Shown piece after piece: positions 33,274-45,689 of a stretch of 64,000 nucleotides of DNA (the first letter of the stretch is position 1; each line of letters opens with the position of its first letter). This DNA is from an uncultured Methanosarcinaceae archaeon (GTDB taxonomy: Archaea; Halobacteriota; Methanosarcinia; Methanosarcinales; Methanosarcinaceae). The notes beneath the pieces were generated by a model. That model was not told where the DNA came from. It did no database searches and saw nothing but the letters and a program-made list of their open reading frames with translations. The position numbers and the translations under genes were made by a program. The stretch spans positions 192,001-256,000 of the forward strand of contig CAVTET010000005.1 in NCBI GenBank assembly GCA_963733675.1, read 5' to 3'.

Positions 33274-34512
33274 TCAGCAATAAACAGGGAACCTTGAGCA
33301 AAGTTCCCTTACATTGCGACTTGTTTCAGAAAGAAGCTTCTCGTTTGCCTGATTCTTGATTGAGATTTCGATATATTCTGCAATCAATTCCATTTCTTTT
33401 TCCTTCATACCCCTTGTAGTACAGGCAGGCGTCCCGAGCCTTATCCCACTAGTGATAAACGGGCTGCGGGTTTCGAAGGGCACTGTGTTCTTGTTTGCAA
33501 TAATCCCAGCTTTGCTCATGGATATTTCCGCATCCTTGCCTGTGATATCCATATTATTCAGGTTGACAAGCATAAGATGATTATCTGTTCCACCAGATAC
33601 GATATAAAATCCTCTCTCCTTCAGACACTTACAAAGAGTTTCTGCATTCTTTACGGTCTGAAACTGGTCCTTCAAAAATTTTTCGCCCATTGCCTCTTTG
33701 AAAGCCACTGCCTTTCCAGCTATGATATGCATAAAGGGACCACCCTGGATACCCGGGAAAACAGCCTTGTTAACTCCGATTGCAAGTTCTTCTGTCCTGG
33801 AGATGATCATTCCGCCCCTTGGACCACGAAGAGTCTTGTGGGTAGTGGTAGTAACGAAATCTGCATAAGGAACAGGACTCTGGTGCAAGCCTGCAACTAC
33901 AAGCCCTGCAATATGTGCAATATCTGCAAGAAGATATGCTCCAACCTCATCGGCAATTTCCCTGAACTGCTTGAAATCGATTTCACGCGGATAAGCAGAC
34001 GCGCCACAGACAATCATTTTTGGTTTACATTCCTTTGCCAGTTCCAGTAGTTCTGTATAGTCAAGAATCTCAGTTTTTTTGCTAACTCCGTAGGGTACAA
34101 TATTGTAAAGCTTTCCGGAAAAACTTACAGGACTGCCATGGGAAAGATGCCCTCCGTGAGATAGGTCCATGGACATTATAGTATCTCCGGGATTTAATAC
34201 CGAGAAGTAAACAGCCATGTTGGCTCCTGAACCTGAATGTGGCTGAACGTTAACGTATTTTGCCTTAAAGATTTCTTTAGCCCTGAAGATCGCAAGATCT
34301 TCAGCAATATCTACAAAGTCGCAGCCTCCATAGTATCGCTTGCCAGAATATCCTTCTGCATATTTGTTAGTCATAATCGAGCCCTGAGCTTCCATAACGG
34401 CTCTACTTGCATAATTTTCAGACGCGATCAGGTTCAATTTGTATTCCTGACGTTCGGCTTCTTTGTTGATAGCCTCGGACAGTTCCGAATCGATTTTATC
34501 AATATAAGACAT
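33274..34512 (-). CDS. glyA: Serine hydroxymethyltransferase (bacterial/THF type)
   Basis: [44 protein letters not shown]. Confidence 0.97.
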   Translation of the reverse strand: MSYIDKIDSELSEAINKEAERQEYKLNLIASENYASRAVMEAQGSIMTNKYAEGYSGKRYYGGCDFVDIAEDLAIFRAKEIFKAKYVNVQPHSGSGANMAVYFSVLNPGDTIMSMDLSHGGHLSHGSPVSFSGKLYNIVPYGVSKKTEILDYTELLELAKECKPKMIVCGASAYPREIDFKQFREIADEVGAYLLADIAHIAGLVVAGLHQSPVPYADFVTTTTHKTLRGPRGGMIISRTEELAIGVNKAVFPGIQGGPFMHIIAGKAVAFKEAMGEKFLKDQFQTVKNAETLCKCLKERGFYIVSGGTDNHLMLVNLNNMDITGKDAEISMSKAGIIANKNTVPFETRSPFITSGIRLGTPACTTRGMKEKEMELIAEYIEISIKNQANEKLLSETSRNVRELCSRFPVYC

Positions 34513-34934
34513 TACTGTCACCTGATAATCTATTACATCTATAACCTATTCTAAATCAAGAGTTTTTGCTGGATTAGATTGATTAATACTAATAAGCAGA
34601 TACTTGAAAGCTTCATATTTGGCGGTATTCGAGAATTTGAAGGTTCAAGAAAATGAGGATTTCGCAGATTGAGATCGTCGGATAAATGGGAGTCATTAAA
34701 CAGCATTATAACTTTTTATATTGGAGGTTCTTATATCAAATTATTAAAACTTCCAGAGAAAAAAATTATGTATGTTTATGAGGCATAGGAGATTTTGAAA
34801 TTTGGAAAATTTTTGTGTCTTAATGTTTCGTGGAAACACCCCTTTTGAATTATTAATAACTACCGAGGCATTAAGGAGACTATTGATAGGTAAAATCTAG
34901 TCTGGCTTGGTCATTAATTCAATCGTTTGATTAA

Positions 34935-35540
34935 TTAAAGGGATATTACAGTTCTACCCTCAATTTTAAGTTTACCCTCGACAAAGAGCCTGACAGCTTC
35001 AGGGTAGATAATATGTTCTTGTTCGAGGATCCTGGCAGTGAGAGTTTCTTCTGTATCACCTTGTATTACAGGCACGCAGCTCTGAAAGATTATTGGGCCG
35101 GAATCCAGTCCTTCATCTACAAAGTGTACGGTACAGCCTGCAACTTTTACCCCGTATTCTAATGCCTGCTTCTGGGCATGGAGTCCTTTAAAAGATGGAA
35201 GAAGAGAAGGATGAATATTCAAGATCCTGTTTCTGTATGCCTCAATAATTTCGGGTCCTAAAAGTTGGAAATAACCTGCAAGTAGAAGAAGGTCAATATC
35301 ATACTGTTTCAAGACCGCAAGTATTTTCCGATCATATCCTGCATTGTCACACCTACTCGGATCAAGAAAAACAGTGCTTATTCCATGATTCTTTCCTCTT
35401 TCAAGTGCATAGGCATCTCCCTTATTGGAAATAACAACATTAATTTCCGCATTCTCTATGTAGCCCTTTTCAATGTTGTTTATAATTGTCTGTAGATTCG
35501 AACCCCTTCCAGATACCAATACTGCAATCTTCACAACCAT
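34935..35540 (-). CDS. purN: Phosphoribosylglycinamide formyltransferase
   Basis: VLVSGRGSNLQ, LNIHPSLLPSFKG, GCTVHFVDEGLDSGPII. Confidence 0.96.
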   Translation of the reverse strand: MVVKIAVLVSGRGSNLQTIINNIEKGYIENAEINVVISNKGDAYALERGKNHGISTVFLDPSRCDNAGYDRKILAVLKQYDIDLLLLAGYFQLLGPEIIEAYRNRILNIHPSLLPSFKGLHAQKQALEYGVKVAGCTVHFVDEGLDSGPIIFQSCVPVIQGDTEETLTARILEQEHIIYPEAVRLFVEGKLKIEGRTVISL

Positions 35541-35686
35541 TGAAGATTTTAGATTGGAACAATGATATATTAGAGTTTTGGAACTATGGGAAATATTTAA
35601 AATGCAAATCGAGACTTAAAATGTAATTTAAATAAGCAAAGATAATAAATGTATTTCTGGATGAATATATAATTCTAAAATCAATT

Positions 35687-35778
35687 TAGAGGATTCTGAT
35701 AAACTCCTGAAATTCGTCATGTGCTTATGAATTATATATAATTGACTCTTGGAAATTAGAAATTTATTGAAATCCTAT
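35687..35778 (-). mobile_element. ~95-bp MITE (family A), reverse orientation
   Basis: tagaggattctgataaactcctgaaattcgtcatgtgc...attgactcttggaaattagaaatttattgaaatcct; near reverse complement of the 30950 copy. Confidence 0.75.
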
Positions 35779-35999
35779 CTACTCTACAATCATGGTAGGT
35801 GCGAAAAAAACTCATTTCAGGCTCGAGAACCAAACAAAGCACAAAAAGACTGATATGACTGTTACTAATTAAACTGTTCAGATTTATCTCCTAGTTTTTT
35901 TCTTTGCAGAAATTCTATCCAATATTTCTTTAACATTCCTATATTTATCCCAATCTTTTTTTGATCTATTGTTTGATTTTCAAGATCGCTTCTAAGATC

Positions 36000-37006
36000 C
36001 TCAAAATACTTATTTTATTTTCAATCTCTCTATTGATAAAAATTATAACAAAAAAACTACACACAACATCTTCAGATTTACTCTTTGAACAATAGTGGCA
36101 AGAACTATTCCTGCTTGAAATATCTTTTTAGTTACTACATAAATTCATTCTCTTGAGCTCTTTTTGAGCTAATCCTCTTGTTTCTTAATATCTCCCTTAT
36201 TTCTAGAGAATGCTCTTTTACTGCTATTTTCACTGTTGAATCATAAATTTTGATTTTGCCAAAGTATCCACTGTATCTGTAAACAATTTCATTTTTTCCT
36301 GATAAATCTACCTGAGAATATGAAGTAATTTAGTTGTTGTTTTGAATTTTCCGATCAACTCATAATTTCTGTCTATTATATTCTGAAGTTTGTATCCAAA
36401 GTGTGACTTAACACTCTTTTTTATTCAACCCCCATCTCCATTTCTCTATTTTTTTGCTTTATTTTCTTGAGGTTTATCAGTTTCTGAATGTCCACTATTT
36501 AACTGAATAAAAGTAGCAGCTTGAATAATTCCCCTATTTTCCAAAACAAGGCAACTAAGTTGGCTCTGCAACTTTCTCCATATTTATTCTTTTTGTAGTT
36601 ATAATCATTCTTTTTCTGAATGAATAGACTGTGGTACTTCCTGGTATATACTAGAAAAACCAAGAAATTTCCTGAAAGAAATTAGACCAATACATTGTTT
36701 CTCAAGTTAAAGGTCTGAAAGACCATTCAATTACTGTAAAAAAAGCATTCTAAAAATAAAGATAACATCAGTTCCAAATATGTCTTAGGAAATGTTTTGT
36801 TAAAAAATATGGACTCAAAAATGATACTAAGAAATTTCCAGTCAATTAAAGGGAATCAATTTAAGCAAGTTTGTCTCCAACTGGTTGAAGACTTTTGTAT
36901 TCTTCTTTAAGAGCAAAATCAGTGAAAGTTTTTATGAGTAAAAATTATTTTTAAAAGATTTACTCTCTTAATACTTAAATGCACAGACGTTTATTGAAAT
37001 TCTCTA
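36000..37006 (-). mobile_element. Decayed IS5-family element (copy 3)
   Basis: Minus strand KTFTDFALKEEYKSLQPVGDKLA*IDS...; colinear with copy 1 over ~1 kb; terminal gtttattgaaattctcta. Confidence 0.78.
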
Positions 37007-37814
37007 TTTCAGAAATTATGACACAAAAAAGGGGACAAAAATATAAAAGTGTTCTCATTAGTTAGCCCTTTTTGAAATTCAGTTTGAAAAAAATTAGAAT
37101 ATGAAATATGAATGCAGTCTTTAGGAGCTTACCTCCAAAATCCTTTTCAAAAGCATATCGGAGTTTCAGTGAGATAAAAATAAGCAAAAGACTAGGCGTC
37201 TATAAAAAGATACATGTTCGTGCAATAACCTAAAATAGGGGTGTAATTCCCTGATTTTTAGATCAGAGAGTTTTCTTAGAATAAAGGGTAATTTCACATA
37301 TTTGCCGTAAATTTAAAACAAATTTTTTTAGATTGTATCTAATTTGGTTCTTCATATGTATGATTCCCTTATTCATAATTTCTTGATATTTGCTATTCCA
37401 CACAAAGATCTAGATGCTGTAAATAAATTTTAGGGATTTTAATGGGTATAACAATTACTGGAAATATTATTAGTGTTAGTATGATTCAAGAGTTTTTGCT
37501 CTGATTAAGTGGTTTCAGGTTGTGGATAATACTTATATATATAGTTATTGATTTTTTTTAAATATATTTTGTCTTCATAAGTTATAGATCCACTGCAAAA
37601 TCTGAAGATACAAAAAAATACTTGATTTTGAAATTAATATTTGATGTACATGGGTTTTGCTTATATGAACAACCGCTTCTCTGAATATCAAAAATAATTT
37701 TGGTTATAAGATTTTCTTCAATGGCAACACATTATATATATATTTACATCACATCTATCACGTTTAAGATTTTCAAAGGTAATGTATAAATTCTAAAAAA
37801 GATTCATTAAGTTT

Positions 37815-39032
37815 ATGAAAGCTATCATCCTAGCAGCAGGAGAGGGGCTTCGCTGCAGGCCTCTGACTCTCACGCGTTCAAAAGTAATGCTGCCTATCGC
37901 CAACAGGCCAATTTTGGAGCATGTTATTGATTCGCTTGAAAAGAATGGAATTAATGAAATTATATTGGTTGTTGGTTATGAAAAAGAACGAATAATGGAC
38001 TATTTTCAAGATGGTCTCAACTTTGGAGTAAAAATAAAATATGTAGAACAGAAAGCTCAGCTTGGCACAGCACATGCAATCGAACAAGCAAAAAAATTAA
38101 TCGATCTCGAAGATTCAGGATTTCTCGTTCTAAATGGTGACAATCTGGTGGAACCGAAAACCATAGCTGATCTTCTTAATAATTATAAGGGGGATGCGAG
38201 CCTTCTAACAGTAAGGATGGAAGATACTGCAGGTTATGGTGTGGTGTTGAAAGAAAAGGAAAAGGTTACCAAAATTCTGGAAAAACGACCTGGTGATATT
38301 AGTCGTATTGTAAATACTGGAATTTATATTTTCACCCCACAAATCTTTGAAACTATTGAAAAAACCCCTATCTCGGAAAATGGAGAGTATGCAATCACAG
38401 ATACCATTCAGCTTATGATCAATGAGGGAAAAACAGTTACTTCTGTCCCGACAGAATCTAAATGGTTGGACGCTATCCATGCATGGGATCTGTTAAAAGC
38501 AAATGCCATAGTCTTGGACCCTGTAAAGAATTTGAGAATAGAAGGAGAAATTGAAGAAGGAGTTGTAATCCGGGGGAAGGTAGCAATAGGAAAAAATACT
38601 AAAATTCGCTCTGGAACTTACATCGTAGGTCCTGTAGTCATAGGAGATAATTGCGACGTCGGTCCTAATGTTGTAGTTCTGCCTTCCACAACAATAGGAA
38701 ATAATGTATCAATCAGGTCATTTACCGAGATTCAAAACAGCATAATAATGAATGACTGCAGGATATACTCACATGGGCAAATATCTCATTCAATAATTGG
38801 AAGCAACAATACAATTGGCTCAGGTTTGTTTGTTGAAGAAAAAGACGGACTGTTGATCATTATGAACGGAATCATCCATCGAGCCCCCAGACTTGGTACC
38901 ATTTTTGGGGATGATAATCGGATAGGAAACAGTGTCCTTGTGAAAGCTGGAGTAACGATAGCGGTGGACTGCTTGGTGGAATCTGGGAACACCATCTACA
39001 AAGATCTGCCCCGTCATTCAGTGGTTCTTTAA
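37815..39032 (+). CDS. Archaeal GlmU-like sugar-1-phosphate nucleotidyltransferase/acetyltransferase (paralog 1)
   Basis: ILAAGEGLRCRPLT..RSKVMLP, EQKAQLGTAHA, VLNGD, NTGIY, C-terminal hexapeptide repeats. Confidence 0.88.
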   Translation: MKAIILAAGEGLRCRPLTLTRSKVMLPIANRPILEHVIDSLEKNGINEIILVVGYEKERIMDYFQDGLNFGVKIKYVEQKAQLGTAHAIEQAKKLIDLEDSGFLVLNGDNLVEPKTIADLLNNYKGDASLLTVRMEDTAGYGVVLKEKEKVTKILEKRPGDISRIVNTGIYIFTPQIFETIEKTPISENGEYAITDTIQLMINEGKTVTSVPTESKWLDAIHAWDLLKANAIVLDPVKNLRIEGEIEEGVVIRGKVAIGKNTKIRSGTYIVGPVVIGDNCDVGPNVVVLPSTTIGNNVSIRSFTEIQNSIIMNDCRIYSHGQISHSIIGSNNTIGSGLFVEEKDGLLIIMNGIIHRAPRLGTIFGDDNRIGNSVLVKAGVTIAVDCLVESGNTIYKDLPRHSVVL

Positions 39033-39054
39033 TTTCCAAAAAGGGGGTAAAAAA

Positions 39055-40908
39055 ATGTGTGGAATTGTAGGATATGCAGGGAAGAATTCAGCTGCATCTT
39101 TAATTATCGAATCCCTCAAAAAACTAGAATATCGAGGATATGATTCTGCTGGTATTACGATTCTGGGAAGCGAAATCAAAACTTACAAATCAGTAGGAAA
39201 AATTGTAAACCTTGAAGCCATAATCCCTAAAGAAATAAGTGGTAACATAGGAATAGGGCATACTCGATGGGCGACTCACGGACGACCGAGTACAGTAAAC
39301 GCCCACCCGCATAACTCTGGGAATCCATCGAAGATCTCGGTCGTGCATAATGGGATAATCGAGAATTACATGGCATTGAAAGAGCAATTAACTGCAGAAG
39401 GATACAAATTCATATCGGAAACAGATACTGAAGTGGTCGCACATCTACTTCATAAGCACATCTATGGGAGTCCGGATGGAAATAAAGCAAAGTGCGAAAT
39501 CTTTACAGGACTTCAGAGAACCCTCACGGAAATTGAGGGTTCTTACGCCTTTGCAATTATCTGTGCTGACGAACCTGGAAAACTCGTTCTTGCCCGAAAA
39601 GACAGCCCACTTGTTATAGGGCTTGGAAAAGGGGAAAACTTTGCCGCATCAGATGTAACTGCTTTTCTTAATTATACAAGAGATGTTATCTTCATAAATG
39701 ACTTTGAAACAGTGGTTTTGACTCCTGGCAGTGTAGAGATTTTTGACAAAGAGGGGAAAATCCGCGAAAAGAAAATAGAAACTATAGAATGGGACTTCGA
39801 AGCTGCTGAAAAAGCCGGTTACGAGCATTTCATGCTTAAGGAGATTCATGAGCAGGTAAGTGCAATTCATAATACACTCTCAGGCAAGGTCTCGGAACTT
39901 GAAGGGGAAATATATCTCGAAGAACTGAACATGACTGATGAGGAGATAAGGAAGCTCTCAAGAATCCAGATATTGGCATGTGGGACCTCCTGGCATGCAG
40001 GTATGCTTGGAAAATACCTTTTTGAGCAGTTGGCAGGAATTCACTGTGATATAGATATCTGCTCGGAATATAGGTATAGAAACCCTGTTATGAATAATGG
40101 AACACTGGCAATAGCTATCACCCAATCAGGGGAAACTGCAGATACTCTTGCAGCTGTGCGGGAGATAATGTCTTACAATTGCCCTACCCTTGCAATCACC
40201 AACGTTGTAGGAAGTACTATTACAAGAGAAGCAAATAGTGTGCTATATACTAGAGCAGGGCCCGAGATAGGAGTTGCGGCAACCAAGACCTTCAGCACCC
40301 AAATTACCATTCTTTATCTGCTCGCCGTCAAATTTGCCCTCTCAAGAGGCAAGTTAAGCCCTGATTATGTTAAAAGATTCATTACGGCGATCAGGAAGGT
40401 TCCGGGGCAGATTCAACAAATTCTCAACCAGCAAGAATCAATGAAGGAATGTGCAGAGAACTTTGCTCATGCAAAAAGCTATTTCTTCCTTGGAAGGCAC
40501 CTGAACTATCCAATTGCCCTTGAAGGAGCTCTTAAACTAAAAGAGATCTCATACGTGCATGCAGAGGGCTTTGCCGCTGGAGAGCTTAAGCATGGACCAA
40601 TTGCCCTACTTGAAAAAGGAACACCTGTAGTCACAATTGCAACAAGAGGTCCTACCTACGAAAAGGTGCTGAGCAATATAAAAGAAGTAAAAGCAAGAGA
40701 TGCGATAGTCATAGCAGTTGCTAATAATACGGATACTGAGATAGGAAAGTATGCAGATATTGTGCTCACAGTTCCTCAGAGTGACGAATTATTGTCGCCC
40801 CTGCTGACTGTCGTGGTCCTCCAGCTGCTTGCTTATTATACAGCTCTTGCTAGAGGCTGCTCTATTGACAAGCCGCGCAATCTTGCAAAAAGCGTCACTG
40901 TAGAATAA
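39055..40908 (+). CDS. glmS: Glutamine-fructose-6-phosphate transaminase
   Basis: [44 protein letters not shown]. Confidence 0.97.
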   Translation: MCGIVGYAGKNSAASLIIESLKKLEYRGYDSAGITILGSEIKTYKSVGKIVNLEAIIPKEISGNIGIGHTRWATHGRPSTVNAHPHNSGNPSKISVVHNGIIENYMALKEQLTAEGYKFISETDTEVVAHLLHKHIYGSPDGNKAKCEIFTGLQRTLTEIEGSYAFAIICADEPGKLVLARKDSPLVIGLGKGENFAASDVTAFLNYTRDVIFINDFETVVLTPGSVEIFDKEGKIREKKIETIEWDFEAAEKAGYEHFMLKEIHEQVSAIHNTLSGKVSELEGEIYLEELNMTDEEIRKLSRIQILACGTSWHAGMLGKYLFEQLAGIHCDIDICSEYRYRNPVMNNGTLAIAITQSGETADTLAAVREIMSYNCPTLAITNVVGSTITREANSVLYTRAGPEIGVAATKTFSTQITILYLLAVKFALSRGKLSPDYVKRFITAIRKVPGQIQQILNQQESMKECAENFAHAKSYFFLGRHLNYPIALEGALKLKEISYVHAEGFAAGELKHGPIALLEKGTPVVTIATRGPTYEKVLSNIKEVKARDAIVIAVANNTDTEIGKYADIVLTVPQSDELLSPLLTVVVLQLLAYYTALARGCSIDKPRNLAKSVTVE

Positions 40909-40988
40909 TAAGACGGATTGGATATTTCAAAATTGAAAACAACGAAAATTCAGGGAGAATTATTTTAGAAAATTGCGGAGCGAGACGT

Positions 40989-42293
40989 ATGAAACTCTTT
41001 GGATCTTCAGGAATAAGAGGCATAGCAAACAAAGAAATCACACCTGAACTTGCACTTAAAGTCGGGCTCGTACTGGGAAGTCGGAAAAAAACTGCTGTTA
41101 TCGGGAGGGATCCAAGGGTCTCGGCACCTATGATAGAGCATGCTCTTATTTCAGGACTTACTTCAGCAGGTTGTGATGTTACAGAAATCGGCCTTGTTAC
41201 CACCCCAACCTTGGCATATGCTGCAAGAGCTTACGAATGTGGTGTAATGGTCACAGCCTCACATAATCCATCTGAATATATCGGAATTAAATTCTGGAAT
41301 CCTGATGGTATGGCTTTTGATTCGGCCCAGCAGGATGAGATTGAAAAAGCTATTGAAACAGAGGGCTTTACAAGGGTTCCCTGGAACCTGATAGGCAAAT
41401 TCGAAGAAGATGGAAATGCTATTCGGGCCCATATGAATAAGATCAAAAAATTAGTAGGAAATTCTAGTTTGAAAATAGTACTGGACTGTGGGTGTGGAGC
41501 AGGAGGAACGATTACTCCTTATCTTCTTCAGGAACTGGGTTGTGAGGTAATAACCCTTAACGCTCAGCCTGATGGGCATTTTCCTGCAAGAAATCCGGAA
41601 CCAAACGATGAAAACCTTTCTCTGCTCAAAAAAACGGTTTTGGATTTCGGAGCCAATCTGGGTATAGCGCATGACGGTGATGCAGATAGAATGATGGCAG
41701 TAGATGAGAAAGGTAATTTCGTGTCAGGAGACGAGCTGCTTACTATTTTCGGGTTCTATGAATGTGGAGATAGCAAAGGGACCGTGGTTGTGCCTGTGGA
41801 CACCTCCATGATGGTTGATGATTTCCTCAAGGATTCTAAAATCATGAGAACCAAGGTTGGAGATGTCTATGTTGCTGAGGGTATAAAAAAGTTCAACGCC
41901 ACCTACGGAGGCGAACCTTCAGGAAGCTGGATTTTCCCAAAAATTTCCTACTGCCCGGATGGAGTTTATGCAGCCGCAAAGATTGTCGAGATTGTGAAGG
42001 AAAAGAAACTAAGCGAACTCAGGGAAGAACTCCCTCGTTATGCCACTAAAAGAGGGACTCTGCCCTGTGAAAACGAAAAAAAAGCAGAGTTTATGGAAAG
42101 GTTAACGGTGAAACTCGAGCCCCTGGGAGAAGTCCTTGATATAGATGGTATCCGCGTGAATATGGAAACCGGTTGGGTGCTGATACGTCCCTCAGGCACA
42201 GAGGCAAAAGTTAGAATTACAGCTGAAGCCAGGGAAAATGTTGATGAAATTTTTGAAATGGCTGTAAATATAGTGACGGAGGCACTTAAATGA
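40989..42293 (+). CDS. glmM: Phosphoglucosamine mutase
   Basis: [27 protein letters not shown]; located within the glm cluster. Confidence 0.88.
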   Translation: MKLFGSSGIRGIANKEITPELALKVGLVLGSRKKTAVIGRDPRVSAPMIEHALISGLTSAGCDVTEIGLVTTPTLAYAARAYECGVMVTASHNPSEYIGIKFWNPDGMAFDSAQQDEIEKAIETEGFTRVPWNLIGKFEEDGNAIRAHMNKIKKLVGNSSLKIVLDCGCGAGGTITPYLLQELGCEVITLNAQPDGHFPARNPEPNDENLSLLKKTVLDFGANLGIAHDGDADRMMAVDEKGNFVSGDELLTIFGFYECGDSKGTVVVPVDTSMMVDDFLKDSKIMRTKVGDVYVAEGIKKFNATYGGEPSGSWIFPKISYCPDGVYAAAKIVEIVKEKKLSELREELPRYATKRGTLPCENEKKAEFMERLTVKLEPLGEVLDIDGIRVNMETGWVLIRPSGTEAKVRITAEARENVDEIFEMAVNIVTEALK

Positions 42294-43483
42294 AGGCAGT
42301 TGTCCTTGTGGCAGGCAAAGGTACAAGGATGGAGCCACTAACTTCTGAATGTCCTAAAGTAATGCTCCCGGTTGCAAATAAACCCATTATCGAACATATT
42401 CTGAACTCAGCGGTAGAAGCAGGTATTGAAAGTTTTGTCTTCATTACAGGATATATGGAAAGGCAGATAAGGGAGTATTTCGGAGATGGAAGTAAATTTG
42501 GATTAAGCATAGATTACGTACATCAGAAGGAACAGTTAGGAACTGCAAATGCAATTGGTTATGCAAAGAGATATGTTGAAGAGGCTTTTCTTGTACTTAA
42601 CGGAGACATGCTAATCGGAAAGGAGGACTTAAAAACCTTGATTTCAAGATCAGAAGAAGCTTTGATCTGTGTGAAAGAGGTGGAAAACCCGTCTGATTTT
42701 GGGGTGCTTGAGATCGAAAATAATAAAGTGGTCAGGATAATTGAAAAACCTGTAAATCCTCCAACTAACCTTGCAAATGCCGGAATATATCTCTTCAGAG
42801 ACTCAATATTTGATTTCATTGACAGAACCCATGCTTCAGTAAGAAATGAATTAGAGATTACGGATTCGATCCAGATGTTAATCGATAGTGGGGTGACTGT
42901 TGGTTACAGTCCTCTGGCGGGCAAGTGGATAGATATAGGATACCCCTGGGACCTTCTGAAAGCAAATGAGACCCTCCTGAAAGATCTTAAAAGCAGTTTT
43001 GAAGGCACAGTGGAACCGAATACAACCATAAAAGGCGAAGTTGTTATCGGGAAAGGCACTCTTATAAGAAGCGGTTCGTATATCGAAGGGCCTGTTGCAA
43101 TAGGGGAAAATTGTGATATAGGTCCAAACTGCTTTATTCGTCCTTACACTGCTATCGGGAAAAATGTCAGGGTTGGAAATGCAGTGGAGATAAAGAATTC
43201 GATTATTATGGAGGATACCCATGTAGGGCATCTGAGTTATGTAGGTGATAGTATTATCGGCCGGCGCTGTAATTTTGGAGCTGGCACAAAAGTTGCAAAT
43301 CTCCGTCACGATGGAAGAAATATAAAAGTTAGGCTTAAGGGCAAAATTCTCGACTCTGGCAGGAGAAAACTTGGTGTGATTATGGGAGATGATGTGCATA
43401 CCGGTATTAATACAAGTATAAATACCGGCGTAATAATGGAAAAAGGTAGATATACATATCCAGGCGAAATTATACAACATTGA
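42290..43483 (+). CDS. glmU: Archaeal bifunctional GlmU (paralog 2)
   Basis: [18 protein letters not shown], hexapeptide domain with HLSYVGDS and NFGAGT. Confidence 0.88.
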   Translation: MKAVVLVAGKGTRMEPLTSECPKVMLPVANKPIIEHILNSAVEAGIESFVFITGYMERQIREYFGDGSKFGLSIDYVHQKEQLGTANAIGYAKRYVEEAFLVLNGDMLIGKEDLKTLISRSEEALICVKEVENPSDFGVLEIENNKVVRIIEKPVNPPTNLANAGIYLFRDSIFDFIDRTHASVRNELEITDSIQMLIDSGVTVGYSPLAGKWIDIGYPWDLLKANETLLKDLKSSFEGTVEPNTTIKGEVVIGKGTLIRSGSYIEGPVAIGENCDIGPNCFIRPYTAIGKNVRVGNAVEIKNSIIMEDTHVGHLSYVGDSIIGRRCNFGAGTKVANLRHDGRNIKVRLKGKILDSGRRKLGVIMGDDVHTGINTSINTGVIMEKGRYTYPGEIIQH

Positions 43484-44699
43484 GCCTAATATTAAAATGC
43501 TTGAAAGTAAAAATAAGGATACTTTTTCCAAAAGAAGATTAAGGGAAATTTAAATATCGGAACTCTTTTATAAGTATATATCTAGAATTGCTTCAGCCTG
43601 AGCATTACACTTATGGGGAATCCTTTATTTTTAATCTTAAAAGAGTCTTCATCCATACTTTTTGCAGTTTAGTCAAATGATTTTTTTGAATCAAATATTT
43701 TGTACTGATACTCATGGATTGGATAAAATATATTAAATTCCTCTTTGAAAATTGAACTGCGTTTTTTATGTGCTAACCATTCTAAGAACTATCATATGTT
43801 AGTATCAATTCCAATCATATTCTCTTTATGTAAATATATTATCCTATTTTGAAAGAGCTTTATTCTCAACCAGATTTATATCTAAGTCCAAGCAAACTTT
43901 TTTTCAACAAGATTTAGTTATTATAACCTGTTACGTTGTAGACTGATAAATTTTCTCCAACTAGAGGGCCCAAAATAATTTTTTAAGCAATAATAATACT
44001 TGATTATTATTTGCTTTTTTGTAGTATGAACTAATGTTTGCCTTAGTAATATCATGCGTATTAAAAAGTACCCAAGCTCATAGTTAAACAAATGTACTTA
44101 CCTTAAACATAGTAAAATTAAATTATATTTATAGACCCTATTTATTTATCTATTTATTCTTAAATCTAATATCTACTAAATGTAACTGCATTTTGTTTCT
44201 CGCTTATAAAAGATGAAGAAGGGAATTGTAGGTTAGCTTCTATTATTTGATTATGTATTCCGAAAATGCTCTGAATGAAGTCTCCAAATGGTTTTCCATA
44301 CTTCTGTGAGTCGACAGTATACATTTCTCACGATGGAAACTTAATCATGAAAATATCAAAGATTTAATTCTGTAATACGCAATTTTAAGTAAAGAAATTC
44401 TTAAAAAAAGCAAATTTACAAAGTTATTAGGATGTATTTTACAAAACAGGATAAAATCAATCAAGTACACTGTACTTAGAAATCTCCAAAAACAAAGAAC
44501 TATTCAGAAATCAGTTTAGGAGTTATATTTCCTATTTATATATACATTCGGAGATACAACTACATGTGTAAAACTATCAAGATATTTATTCAAACTTACT
44601 AGTTCCAACGTAAATTATTAATTCAAAGCTGCTCAAAATTGGGGTCTAGTATGAGTAGCTGATGTAGATACTATTTGGTAAAGGGGGCTTGATTTACCA

Positions 44700-45689
44700 A
44701 TGACCAAAAATGTCATAGAAGTAAATAATCTTGAACATAAATACGCTGACTTAAAAGCAGTAGATAATATCAGTTTCACAGTGAAAAAAGGAGAAATATT
44801 CTCATTTTTGGGTCCAAATGGAGCGGGGAAAAGCACAGTAATAAATATTCTAACCACACTTAGAAAAATTCAGAAGGGTGAGGCTACGGTCAATGGGTAT
44901 AATGTAGCAAAAGAATCCAAAGAAGTAAGAAAATCAATAGGAATTGTTTTTCAGATGATGTGCATTGATTATGAAATGACTGTGTTTGAGAACTTAGAAT
45001 ATCATGGCAAGATATACTCAATGCCGAAAAATGAAAGAAGAAACAGGATAAATCAACTCATTAAACTTACTGAACTGGAGGCTAAGAGGAACGTCTTAGC
45101 TAAAGACCTAAGCGGGGGTATGAAACGAAGGCTTGAACTTGCAAGGGGATTAATGACAAAACCCTCCGTCCTCTTCCTTGATGAACCGACAGTAGGCTTT
45201 GACATTCAGACGAGACTGAGAATATGGGAGTATTTGAGAGAGATTAAAAGAGAAGGTACTACTATTTTCTTGACTACTCATTATATGGAAGAAGCTGATC
45301 AGCTCAGCGACAGGATCAGCATAATCGATCACGGAAAAATAATCACAACAGGGAGTGTTTTGGAGTTAAAAAATCAGCTTGGTGAAGATCTTATATATTT
45401 AGAAACTAGTGATAATAAAACTGCTGCAGGGATTTTAAAGACACTAGAATCTGTTAAAGGGGTAAACGAAGATACAAAATTCCTCAGAGTGATGCTTGGG
45501 GGAGATGTCACGCATATTTTACCAAAAATTATGGATAAGGTTAGACAAAATGGAATAGAGATCATAACAGTAAATATCAAAAAGCCCTCCATGGATGATG
45601 TTTTTATACACTACACTGGTCATGGTTTAAGGGAAGGAGAACTGGGGGAGCAGCATGAAGAGATCAAAACTGCGGAGGTTTTGAAATGA
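44700..45689 (+). CDS. DrrA-type ABC exporter ATPase
   Basis: GPNGAGKST, LSGGMKRRLELARGL, FLDEPT, LTTHYMEEAD, PSMDDVFI. Confidence 0.9.
   Translation: MTKNVIEVNNLEHKYADLKAVDNISFTVKKGEIFSFLGPNGAGKSTVINILTTLRKIQKGEATVNGYNVAKESKEVRKSIGIVFQMMCIDYEMTVFENLEYHGKIYSMPKNERRNRINQLIKLTELEAKRNVLAKDLSGGMKRRLELARGLMTKPSVLFLDEPTVGFDIQTRLRIWEYLREIKREGTTIFLTTHYMEEADQLSDRISIIDHGKIITTGSVLELKNQLGEDLIYLETSDNKTAAGILKTLESVKGVNEDTKFLRVMLGGDVTHILPKIMDKVRQNGIEIITVNIKKPSMDDVFIHYTGHGLREGELGEQHEEIKTAEVLK

Noticed and set aside
34513-34930. ZTP/THF riboswitch upstream of glyA
   Set aside because: No consensus elements of these riboswitches visible on the coding strand.
34556-37500. Shared 15-mer tcaagagtttttgct upstream of glyA and glmU
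   Set aside because: A single 15-nt match is expected by chance in 64 kb of AT-rich DNA.
39033-39054. glmS ribozyme
   Set aside because: Only 22 nt separate glmS from the upstream gene.
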